Below, piece by piece: positions 51,401 through 61,903 of a stretch of 64,000 nucleotides of DNA. The number at the start of each line of letters is the position of its first letter. Position 1 is the first letter of the stretch. Where the stretch lies: positions 1,568,001 to 1,632,000 of the forward strand of contig CAWJSJ010000002.1 in the NCBI GenBank assembly GCA_963845565.1, written 5' to 3'. Source of the DNA: an uncultured Methylomirabilota bacterium. GTDB taxonomy: Bacteria > Methylomirabilota > Methylomirabilia > Methylomirabilales > 2-02-FULL-66-22. A model generated the notes under the pieces. That model had not been told where the DNA came from. It was given only the letters and a program-made list of their open reading frames with translations, and searched no databases. A program made the position numbers and the translations under genes.

Positions 51401-54400
51401 CCTTGACCTGTCGGAAACCCCGACCACGCTCTCCGCCGATGACCCGTTCTACGTGCGCCTCGGTTGGGCCGAGCCAGGCGATACCACGGTGCGCAACGTC
51501 CAGGAAATCCGCGCCGGCGGGGTGCCCATCACGGCGAACCTGAGTCTCATCAACAGCAACCCGGCCGGGGTAGCCCAGCTCACGACCTTGGCCGGCTCCG
51601 CCCAGACGCGCACCGTCACCATCGCCGTCGGGTCGGCGACGTCTCCCGGCACCGTGGCTGACGGCGGTGTAGCCTTCGACGCGCTCCTTCCCGGAACCGT
51701 CCAGGTCCAGGCCACCATCCCAGGTTTCGTGACCACCGGTGTGGGGACGAGAAGTATCACGGTGACTGGCCCCGACCTGGCGATCTCCAAGGCCCACACC
51801 GGCAACTTCACTCAGGGCCAGACGGGGGCCACGTACACGATTACGGTCTCCAACAGCGGGAGTGCTGCCACGAGCGGAACAGTAACCGTGACCGATACGC
51901 TGCCGACGGGCCTGACCGCAACGGCTATCGCAGGAACGGGTTGGAGTTGTACGCTCGGCACGCTCACCTGTACCCGCAGCGACGCCTTGGCGGTCGGCGG
52001 GAGCTATCCGGCCCTCACCCTCACCGTGAATGTGGCGGCCAACGCTCCGGCCAGTGTGACGAACACGGCGACTGTTTCGGGGAACGGCGACACCAACGCG
52101 GCCAACAACACCGCCAGTGACGTGACGGCGATCACGCCAGTTGCCGACCTGACGATCACCAAGACCCACACGGGCAGCTTCACGCAGGGCCAGACTGGGG
52201 CGACGTACACGATCACCGTGGGGAACGCCGGCCCCGGCCCGACAAGCGGGACCGTGACCGTGACCGATACTCTTCCGACGGGACTCACGGCCACGAACAT
52301 CAGCGGCGGATCCGGCTGGAACTGCACCCTCGGGACCCTGACATGCACTCGTAGCGACGTTCTGCAGCCGGGTACCAATTACTCGCAGATTCTTCTAACG
52401 GTGAACGTCGCCAGCAACGCCCCGGCCAGCGTGACCAACACGTGCGACCGTGGCGGGCGGCGGGGAAGCCAACACCGCAAACAACACGGCCACGGATCCA
52501 ACAACGGTGACGCCGGTCGCCACGGCCGACCTGGCGGTGACCAAGACCGCGAGCACCCTGACCCCCTCGGTGGGGCAGAACGTCACCTTCACCGTGACCG
52601 TGACGAATAGTGGCCCCGCCAACGCCACCGGGGTTGCGGTGACGGATTTGCTCCCGTCTGGGTACACCTTCGTTGGGGTCGCCCCCAGCGTAGGGACTTA
52701 CAACAGCACCACCGGGTTCTGGAGCCTGGGGTCTCTGGCCAACGCCGCGAGCGCCACGCTCGGGCTCACCGGCACGGTCCTCGCCACGGGCACCTACATC
52801 AACACGGCCACCATCACCGCGTCGACCCCCACGGACCCGAACGCGGCGAACAACAGCGCCACCGTGACGGTAACGCCGGTCGCCCAGGCCGACCTCACGA
52901 TCTCGAAGACCCACACCGGTAACTTCACCCAGGGCCAGATCGGGGCCACCTACACGCTCGCCGTGTCCAACATCGGCTCCGGCCCGACCACCGCACCCGT
53001 GACGGTGACCGACACCGTGCCGACCGGCCTGACGGCGACCGCCCTCGCGGGCACCGGTTGGACCTGCACGCAGCCGGCGGGTCCCTGCACCCGGAGCGAC
53101 GCCCTCGCTGCCAGCGCCAGCTATCCGGCGATCACGTTGACGGTCAACGTGGCGGCCAACGCTCCGGCCAATGTAACCAACACGGCAACCGTGGCGGGCG
53201 GCGGGGACGCGACTCCCGGCAACAACACGGCGAGCAACCCGACGACGATCCTTGCGTCGTCCGCCGATATCGCCGTGACCAAGACGGTCAACAATCCCGT
53301 TCCCGTAGTCGGAACGAACGTCACGTTCACTATCACAGTCACCAACACCGGTCCGTCGAACGCCACGGGAGTGCAGATCACCGATCAGCTTCCGAACGGT
53401 TATCTGTTTGCCTCATCGACCGCGAGTCAGGGCGCGTACACCAATACCACCGGGATTTGGAGTGTCGGGAATCTGAACGCCGCACAAAGCGCATCGCTGC
53501 AGGTTGTGGCGACGGTCGTAGCCGGTGGGACGTACACGAATACAGCAACCAGGACCGCATCTTCTCCGACGGATACCAACGCCGGAAACGACGTTGCGAC
53601 GGCAACCGTCGCTCCGTCGTATCGCGGGCCCACGGCTGTCCCCGGCTCGAACCAGACCGCTAACGAGGGTGCGCAGGTTTGCTTTAACGGGAGTGGGTCA
53701 ATACCTGGCGATTGGCCGATCACGACATACTCCTGGAGCTTCGGCGACGGCGGCACCGCTTTCGGGTTAACTCCGTGCCACATCTATGCGGATAATGGCG
53801 TCTACACCGTCACCCTCACGGTGACCGACTCCATCGGGGCCATCAACAGCGCCGGACTTACGGTTACGGTCAATAATGCCGTACCGACCGTCAATGCCGG
53901 ACAAGATCGGGTGGTTGCGGTGGAGACCCCTCAACTTTAACGGCACCTTCACCGATCTCGGAACGAACGACGGCCCGTATACCGTTAGCTGGGATTTCGG
54001 CGACGGCACTGCGCCGGTCACCGGAACGCTCACCCCAACGCACGAGTTCGAGACAGGCGGCACGTACACGGTGACCTTGTCAGTCACCGACAAGGACGGC
54101 GGCGTCGGAACCGATACAGCCACAGTCAAGGTCATGAACACCGGTCCCCAGTTCTTCTTCTCCGGCCAGGCGGGCACCTACACCACGCCGCTCAACGCCG
54201 GGACCGGGACCCGGGTCCAGGGCTACGTACAGCTCGCGGCCAACCCCACCGCCCCGGTAAACGTCACCCTCACCTCGGCGAACCCGGCGGTGCTGACGCT
54301 GGCCCCCTCCAACACCACCACGGCCGGGACCGGGAGCCTCACCGTCACCATCCCGACGAATAGCAACTACGTCCTCTTCGACCTCGTCGGCGGCCCCACC

Positions 54401-57400
54401 GCCGCGGAGCCCCCGAAGTTGCACGGGCCCACGGCCGTCGCCCGCGATACGGCCGGGAACCTCTACATCGCCGACCGCGACGGCTACCGGGTCCGCAAGG
54501 TCACCGCCGCCGGCATCCTCTCCACCATCGCCGGCACCGGCACGGCGGGCTACAGCGGCGACGGCGGCCTCGCCACCGCCGCGCAGTTCCAGTACCCGAT
54601 GGGCATAGCGGTGGACGGGAGCGGCAACGTCTACATCGCCGACTACAACGACCACCGGGTCCGGAAGATCACTGCGGCCACCGGGATCATCTCCACCATC
54701 GCCGGCACCGGCACGGCGGGCTACAGCGGCGACGGTGGCCAAGCCACCAGCGCCCGGCTCTACAGCCCCAACGGGGTCCGCGTCGCCGCCAGCGCCCTCT
54801 ACATCGCCGACTCCAACAACGACCGGATCCGGAAGGTGGACCTCGCCACCGGGATCATCACCACCGTGGCCGGCACCGGCACGGCCGGCTACAGCGGCGA
54901 CGGCGGCCTCGCCACCGCCGCCCAGCTCTACACCCCGTACAATGTCGCCCTGGATGCGGCGAACAACCTGTACATCGCGGACTACGGCAACCAGCGGATC
55001 CGCAAGGTCGACGCCGCCACCGGGATCATCACCACCATCGCCGGCACCGGCACGGCGGGCACCACGGGGGACGGCGGCCCGGCCACCAGCGCCCAGATCT
55101 ACTACCCGACCGGGGTGGCGGTAGCCGAGGGCGGCACCGTCGTCTACCTCGCCGACTACTACAACGACCGGATCCGGAAGGTGGATGCCACCGGCACCAT
55201 CACCACCTATGCCGGCGGCGGCAACAAGCTGGGGGACGAGGGGCCGGCCACCGAGGCGTACGTCAACGGCCCCTACAGCCTCAGCGCGGATACCGCCGGC
55301 AACCTCTACATCGCCGCATACGGCGAATCCCGCATCCGCCAGATCGACACCGGCGGCTTCATCCACACCCTGGCCGGCACCGGGGAGGCGGGCTTCAGCG
55401 GGGACGGCAGCGTCGCCACGGGGGTGACGCTCACCGCCACGGCGGGCGGCTTCACCGACGCGATCATCCCGGTCCGGGTGGGGCAGACCACGTGGACGAT
55501 CAGCGTCGCCACCGACCTCACGACCTTGACCACCACCACGCCCGTCACCGTCCAGGCGTCGATCCCCAACGTCGGCAGCGGGCAGCGGCTGGCGGCTGCC
55601 ACCACCGTTACGCTCGGCAGCACCAACGCGGCGGTCCTGACGGTGCCGACCAGCGTGGCCATCGCCAATAACGCGACCTCCGGGGCGGTCACCGCCAGCA
55701 CGCACAACGTCACCGGCACGGCCCAGATCACCGCCGGTGCCGCCAACGGGATCGCCGCCGGCATCTCGCCCGTCGTCAACGTGCGGGGTCCCCAGTTCTT
55801 CTTCTCCGGCCAGGCGGGCACCTACACCACGCCGCTCAACGCCGGGACCGGGACCCGGGTCCAGGGCTACGTACAGCTCGCGGCCAACCCCACCGCCCCG
55901 GTAAACGTCACCCTCACCTCGGCGAACCCGGCGGTGCTGACGCTGGCCCCCTCCAACACCACCACGGCCGGGACCGGGAGCCTCACCGTCACCATCCCGA
56001 CGAATAGCAACTACGTCCTCTTCGACCTCGTCGGCGGCCCCACCGCCGCGGAGCCCCCGAAGTTGCACGGGCCCACGGCCGTCGCCCGCGATACGGCCGG
56101 GAACCTCTACATCGCCGACCGCGACGGCTACCGGGTCCGCAAGGTCACCGCCGCCGGCATCCTCTCCACCATCGCCGGCACCGGCACGGCGGGCTACAGC
56201 GGCGACGGCGGCCTCGCCACCGCCGCGCAGTTCCAGTACCCGATGGGCATAGCGGTGGACGGGAGCGGCAACGTCTACATCGCCGACTACAACGACCACC
56301 GGGTCCGGAAGATCACTGCGGCCACCGGGATCATCTCCACCATCGCCGGCACCGGCACGGCGGGCTACAGCGGCGACGGTGGCCAAGCCACCAGCGCCCG
56401 GCTCTACAGCCCCAACGGGGTCCGCGTCGCCGCCAGCGCCCTCTACATCGCCGACTCCAACAACGACCGGATCCGGAAGGTGGACCTCGCCACCGGGATC
56501 ATCACCACCGTGGCCGGCACCGGCACGGCCGGCTACAGCGGCGACGGCGGCCTCGCCACCGCCGCCCAGCTCTACACCCCGTACAATGTCGCCCTGGATG
56601 CGGCGAACAACCTGTACATCGCGGACTACGGCAACCAGCGGATCCGCAAGGTCGACGCCGCCACCGGGATCATCACCACCATCGCCGGCACCGGCACGGC
56701 GGGCACCACGGGGGACGGCGGCCCGGCCACCAGCGCCCAGATCTACTACCCGACCGGGGTGGCGGTAGCCGAGGGCGGCACCGTCGTCTACCTCGCCGAC
56801 TACTACAACGACCGGATCCGGAAGGTGGATGCCACCGGCACCATCACCACCTATGCCGGCGGCGGCAACAAGCTGGGGGACGAGGGGCCGGCCACCGAGG
56901 CGTACGTCAACGGCCCCTACAGCCTCAGCGCGGATACCGCCGGCAACCTCTACATCGCCGCATACGGCGAATCCCGCATCCGCCAGATCGACACCGGCGG
57001 CTTCATCCACACCCTGGCCGGCACCGGGGAGGCGGGCTTCAGCGGGGACGGCAGCGTCGCCACGGGGGTGACGCTCACCGCCACGGCGGGCGGCTTCACC
57101 GACGCGATCATCCCGGTCCGGGTGGGGCAGACCACGTGGACGATCAGCGTCGCCACCGACCTCACGACCTTGACCACCACCACGCCCGTCACCGTCCAGG
57201 CGTCGATCCCCAACGTCGGCAGCGGGCAGCGGCTGGCGGCTGCCACCACCGTTACGCTCGGCAGCACCAACGCGGCGGTCCTGACGGTGCCGACCAGCGT
57301 GGCCATCGCCAATAACGCGACCTCCGGGGCGGTCACCGCCAGCACGCACAACGTCACCGGCACGGCCCAGATCACCGCCGGTGCCGCCAACGGGATCGCC

Positions 57401-59074
57401 GCCGGCATCTCGCCCGTCGTCAACGTGCGGGGTCCCCAGTTCTTCTTCTCCGGCCAGGCGGGCACCTACACCACGCCGCTCAACGCCGGGACCGGGACCC
57501 GGGTCCAGGGCTACGTACAGCTCGCGGCCAACCCCACCGCCCCGGTAAACGTCACCCTCACCTCGGCGAACCCGGCGGTGCTGACGCTGGCCCCCTCCAA
57601 CACCACCACGGCCGGGACCGGGAGCCTCACCGTCACCATCCCGACGAATAGCAACTACGTCCTCTTCGACCTCGTCGGCGGCCCCACCGCCGCGGAGCCC
57701 CCGAAGTTGCACGGGCCCACGGCCGTCGCCCGCGATACGGCCGGGAACCTCTACATCGCCGACCGCGACGGCTACCGGGTCCGCAAGGTCACCGCCGCCG
57801 GCATCCTCTCCACCATCGCCGGCACCGGCACGGCGGGCTACAGCGGCGACGGCGGCCTCGCCACCGCCGCGCAGTTCCAGTACCCGATGGGCATAGCGGT
57901 GGACGGGAGCGGCAACGTCTACATCGCCGACTACAACGACCACCGGGTCCGGAAGATCACTGCGGCCACCGGGATCATCTCCACCATCGCCGGCACCGGC
58001 ACGGCGGGCTACAGCGGCGACGGTGGCCAAGCCACCAGCGCCCGGCTCTACAGCCCCAACGGGGTCCGCGTCGCCGCCAGCGCCCTCTACATCGCCGACT
58101 CCAACAACGACCGGATCCGGAAGGTGGACCTCGCCACCGGGATCATCACCACCGTGGCCGGCACCGGCACGGCCGGCTACAGCGGCGACGGCGGCCTCGC
58201 CACCGCCGCCCAGCTCTACACCCCGTACAATGTCGCCCTGGATGCGGCGAACAACCTGTACATCGCGGACTACGGCAACCAGCGGATCCGCAAGGTCGAC
58301 GCCGCCACCGGGATCATCACCACCATCGCCGGCACCGGCACGGCGGGCACCACGGGGGACGGCGGCCCGGCCACCAGCGCCCAGATCTACTACCCGACCG
58401 GGGTGGCGGTAGCCGAGGGCGGCACCGTCGTCTACCTCGCCGACTACTACAACGACCGGATCCGGAAGGTGGATGCCACCGGCACCATCACCACCTATGC
58501 CGGCGGCGGCAACAAGCTGGGGGACGAGGGGCCGGCCACCGAGGCGTACGTCAACGGCCCCTACAGCCTCAGCGCGGATACCGCCGGCAACCTCTACATC
58601 GCCGCATACGGCGAATCCCGCATCCGCCAGATCGACACCGGCGGCTTCATCCACACCCTGGCCGGCACCGGGGAGGCGGGCTTCAGCGGGGACGGCAGCG
58701 TCGCCACGGGGGTGACGCTCACCGCCACGGCGGGCGGCTTCGTCACCGGTGTCATCCCGGTGAGGGTGAATCAAACACAATTTGTCTTCTCGGGGTTGAG
58801 TACGACGATAAACAACGGGGTCACCGACACTTTCAATATCTATATCAATCACCCCAACATCGGGAATGTGCGAGCCGCAGCGACAACCGGTGTGGCCTTG
58901 ACGAGCAGCAATACCTCGGTTCTTGCCGACCCCGTGGCTGTGACCATCGCAAACAATACCACCAATGTGGCGGCATCGGTGACGGCAGCCGGACCAGGAA
59001 CGGCGACGCTGACGGCAAGCTCACCCGGCTCGGGGATCAATGCCGCCGGTTCGGCGACCATCACGGTGCCGTAA
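45488..59074 (+). CDS. Giant (~4,500 aa) secreted repeat protein / putative adhesin, split by frameshifts into ORFs 45488-49537, 49540-50058, 50454-52610, 52450-53940 and 53876-59074
   Basis: Signal peptide, dockerin-like module, 6 PKD-like, 2 FN3-like, Ig/IPT, 7 DUF11, 5 cadherin-like, Calx-beta, 2 PKD, 3 x (Ig + 6 NHL), terminal Ig; domain text continues across each frame change. Confidence 0.8.
46209..46918 (+). repeat. 279-bp tandem repeat (about 2.5 copies, PKD-like units)
   Basis: CCGGTCGCCAATGCCGGGCCGAACCAGACGGTC recurs every 279 bp. Confidence 0.9.
47427..48058 (+). repeat. 309-bp tandem repeat (2 near-identical copies)
   Basis: Shadow ORFs at 47584 and 47893 begin identically; protein differs at NGTVS/NGAVS. 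Confidence 0.9.
54143..58741 (+). repeat. 1,644-bp tandem repeat (about 2.8 copies)
   Basis: GGTCCCCAGTTCTTCTTCTCC at 54143, 55787 and 57431; shadow ORFs identical in each copy. Confidence 0.95.
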
Positions 59075-59110
59075 CAGGCAACCGTCACGCGAAGGGCTCA
59101 ATGCAAAGAA

Positions 59111-59149
59111 AGACACGAAAGGCCTCCGTTACGGAGGTCTTTCGTGTCT
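59111..59149. terminator. Strong hairpin downstream of the giant gene
   Basis: AGACACGAAAGGCCTCCG-TTA-CGGAGGTCTTTCGTGTCT, 18-bp stem; no clear U-tract. Confidence 0.6.
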
Positions 59150-59246
59150 AGTGATCTTCGACAAAAGGAGTTGACAGTCCGGGCGCGTGGGGGCTAGCGT
59201 GCCGTCTGCCGCTCCGGGCTATTCCCGGGGGTCGGAGGAGCGCAAC

Positions 59247-59615
59247 GTGGAGATCGTCAATCGAAGAGACAGCGCGCCGTTCGTCACCAAGGACGGGTCG
59301 GAGATCCGCTCGATTTTGGATCGGACCAATTCGAGCGCGGTCCACCAGAGCCTGGCGGAAGCCACGCTCCCGCCCGGCGCCGCCACGGAGGCGCACCGGC
59401 ATCCCCACACCGAGGAGATTTACTATATCCTGCGGGGCGCCGGCCAGATGACACTTGGGGCCGAGCAGCGAGAGGTCGGGCCGGGCGACGGCATCTTGAT
59501 CCCGCCGGGCACCCGCCACACGATCCAGAACGTCGGTCAGGAGCCACTGACGTTCCTCTGCTGCTGCGCACCGCCTTATGCGGATGAGGATACGGTGATG
59601 GGGCGTGAGGCGTGA
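59247..59615 (+). CDS. Cupin domain protein
   Basis: HRHPHTEEIYYILRG.G, IPPGTRH; GGAGGAG RBS before GTG. Confidence 0.9.
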   Translation: MEIVNRRDSAPFVTKDGSEIRSILDRTNSSAVHQSLAEATLPPGAATEAHRHPHTEEIYYILRGAGQMTLGAEQREVGPGDGILIPPGTRHTIQNVGQEPLTFLCCCAPPYADEDTVMGREA

Positions 59616-59650
59616 GAGCGTGAAGGGTGAGGCGTGAAACGTGAGGTGGG
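59603..59650. repeat. Heptamer tract (CGTGARR)
   Basis: gcgtgag gcgtgag agcgtgaa gggtgag gcgtgaa acgtgag. Confidence 0.6.
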
Positions 59651-59688
59651 AGGCGAGAAGGCGTTAGGAGCAAGGATCCTGACTTCCA

Positions 59689-59919
59689 TCAGGTTGCGCC
59701 CTGTTCGATGCGCGCGAAGACATCCATGACCGATCTCGCCGCGACCTCACCCCGATCATACGCGTCGATCCGGTCTTCCGCCTCGGCGGACCAGTGTTCG
59801 TCGATCGCCTTGCGTTCCGGGAGCAAGAACGTATCCAGGATTCGTTCGACCAGTTCGGCTTTCTCAAGGGGGGACAATTTCAACGCCTGAGCGAGAACCT
59901 CATGGGCCTGGGGTGACAT
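59689..59919 (-). CDS. Putative addiction-module component (TIGR02574-type antitoxin)
   Basis: 76 aa; ALKLSP.EKAELVERIL..., W..EAE.RI.AY.RGE. Confidence 0.8.
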   Translation of the reverse strand: MSPQAHEVLAQALKLSPLEKAELVERILDTFLLPERKAIDEHWSAEAEDRIDAYDRGEVAARSVMDVFARIEQGAT

Positions 59920-60002
59920 TTGCGCTCCCTTGTCCTCCGACGCCGCTCAAGGATGCGCGCCCAATTTCGCAACGCCATCCAACCGCGCCTGTCGGAACCT
60001 AG

Positions 60003-60154
60003 CAGGATGCGGAAAACCTCGCTTTTCCCCAGGCTGCTCAAAAGGGCCCAGATGCAAGGCGGAGTGCCGATGGCCGAGCGAGGCGTACTGGAAGTACGCC
60101 GCAGCGAGCGGCAAGGCGCTCCAACGTCGCAGATGGGCCTTTTTCAGCAGCCTG
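60003..60154 (-). mobile_element. Family A element, complete 152-bp copy
   Basis: CTAG|CAGGATGCGGAAAA...TTTTCAGCAGCCTG|CTAA. Confidence 0.87.
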
Positions 60155-60323
60155 CTAAACGGCGCCTTCATGGTACGGGCAGCGCCGGCAATTGTCCAGT
60201 GTCTTGCGGAGAGAGGCCCCCGCAAGTGGGAGACCGGGAGATCGGGTAATTGGGGAGCTTAGCAATCTGGCGATTGGGCGATGCAGCCTCTGCCAGTCCG
60301 GGCCGCATGTCGTGCTTCTCGCG

Positions 60324-61709
60324 TTATCGCTGCTTCAAGAGCCAATCGATGATTTCGGAGCCATCCCGTGGCCCCCTCTTCGTCCCGGGCGCGACGTCTT
60401 GCGGGGGCGCGGGAGGTCGGGTCCTCCGGGAGGATTTGACCTTCCCTTCCGTCGGGGGGGACGTGGGTTTCGTCTCTCCCAGCCCCTCCCTCTCCTTGGG
60501 CGGAGGTTCCGGAAGCACCCGTTCCGGACGCGGCTGTGCCTGCGAAGGTGGAGCCGGCAGCTCCGGCGCCCTCTTTTCGGATTCTTCCGCAGGCGCCGGT
60601 TCAGGGATCACCGTCTGACGTGGTTGCGGTTGGGGCGGCGGCTGGTACGTGTCCTCCGGGGCCCACCGAGGGTAGAGCACCCAGAATGACGCGGCGGCGA
60701 GCACGAGGAGCACGCCGACGATCGCGGTGACGATCCACCGCGTGCCCACCCGCGGACGCTGCGAGGGTTGTCCCCCGGCCTTGGCCGCCGTGGCCACGGG
60801 CCGACGTCCGCTGGTTGGCTTCCCCACTCGCCCCGCCCCTACCCGTTGCAGGAACTCGTGGACCACCTCGTTCGCGCTGTTCTGGCGCCATTTCGGCGCT
60901 TTCTCCAGCGCCCGCAGGATCTGGGCCTCGATCTCGACCGGGATCTCCGCCCGCAATGCCTTGGGTGGAGTCGGCGCGACCGAGAGGTGCATGGCCAGGA
61001 CGGCCTCGGACGTGGACCCGCGGAAGGGGACGACGCCTGTCAGCATTTGGTAGAGGACGATCCCGAAGGCATAGATGTCCGTCTGTTTGGTGATCTCCCG
61101 TCGTTGGATCTGCTCCGGAGCCGCATACGCCGGCGTGCGCGTGAGTTGCGTCGCGGGAACGAGGTGATCCATGGCCCCCGCGTTCTTCAACCGCGCCCGC
61201 TCGAAGCCGATGAGCTTCACGGTGTCCTTGTCCCCCAGGACCAGGACGTTCTTCGGGTGCACGTCCGTGTGGACAAGACTCGCATCATGGGCCGCGGTCA
61301 ATCCCTCGGCCATCTGGACGGCCACGGACAAGGCGCGGTCGATCTGGAGGACCCCTTTCTCCTGCCGCAGCACGTCGTGCAGGGTCCGTCCCTCGATCTG
61401 CTCCATCACGATGAAGAGGCTGCCATCGTCCGCTTGGTCGCAGTCGTACACTCTGACGATATGGGGTTGCGTCTTCGAGAGGGCTGCGACGGCCATCATC
61501 TGTCGATGGAGCCTCTCCACAAACTCCTTTCCCTTCGTAAACTCGCCCCGGAACAGCTTCACGACGAGCCCGGCCCCCGTCCCGTGCTGCTGGGCAAGGT
61601 ACGTCACCCCCAGGCTGCCCGTCGCGAGCCGGCGCGTCACGTGGTACTTGCCCTTGATCACCTGGCCGACCAAGGGGTCCGCGGCTCCCCCATCCCCCGT
61701 CCGCTCCAC
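60324..61709 (-). CDS. Membrane-anchored Hanks-type Ser/Thr kinase-like protein with degenerate catalytic motifs
   Basis: PHIVRVYD, FIVME, HTDVHPKN, AYAAPEQ, TDIYAFG; one TM; Pro-rich tail; GAGGAGG before GTG at 61709. Confidence 0.85.
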   Translation of the reverse strand: MERTGDGGAADPLVGQVIKGKYHVTRRLATGSLGVTYLAQQHGTGAGLVVKLFRGEFTKGKEFVERLHRQMMAVAALSKTQPHIVRVYDCDQADDGSLFIVMEQIEGRTLHDVLRQEKGVLQIDRALSVAVQMAEGLTAAHDASLVHTDVHPKNVLVLGDKDTVKLIGFERARLKNAGAMDHLVPATQLTRTPAYAAPEQIQRREITKQTDIYAFGIVLYQMLTGVVPFRGSTSEAVLAMHLSVAPTPPKALRAEIPVEIEAQILRALEKAPKWRQNSANEVVHEFLQRVGAGRVGKPTSGRRPVATAAKAGGQPSQRPRVGTRWIVTAIVGVLLVLAAASFWVLYPRWAPEDTYQPPPQPQPRQTVIPEPAPAEESEKRAPELPAPPSQAQPRPERVLPEPPPKEREGLGETKPTSPPTEGKVKSSRRTRPPAPPQDVAPGTKRGPRDGSEIIDWLLKQR

Positions 61710-61903
61710 GGTGCTCCTCCTCTTCTCACACCGGTGCGTCGGGGCCGCCGGGCACTGTGTGTCTTGCCCCGACCCGGCGGTCCGGGAATATACTACCTCA
61801 CCCCCTTCCATAACTCCAGTGGACGCACCGGGGACGGGAGGCGGGAGAGCGTGAGGCGAGCGAGCAGAGGACAGTGCGGCAGCGGGACAGGGGAGGGGTG
61901 GGG

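Noticed and set aside
54080..58852. 1,590-aa minus-strand ORF and other long antisense ORFs (1053-2636, 8911-10785, 26684-28414)
   Set aside because: Shadow frames of GC-rich genes; no independent motifs
54143..59074. Teneurin/RHS toxin or diversity-generating retroelement interpretation of the repeats
   Set aside because: No YD/RHS core or toxin tip, no reverse transcriptase, and no adenine-specific differences between copies
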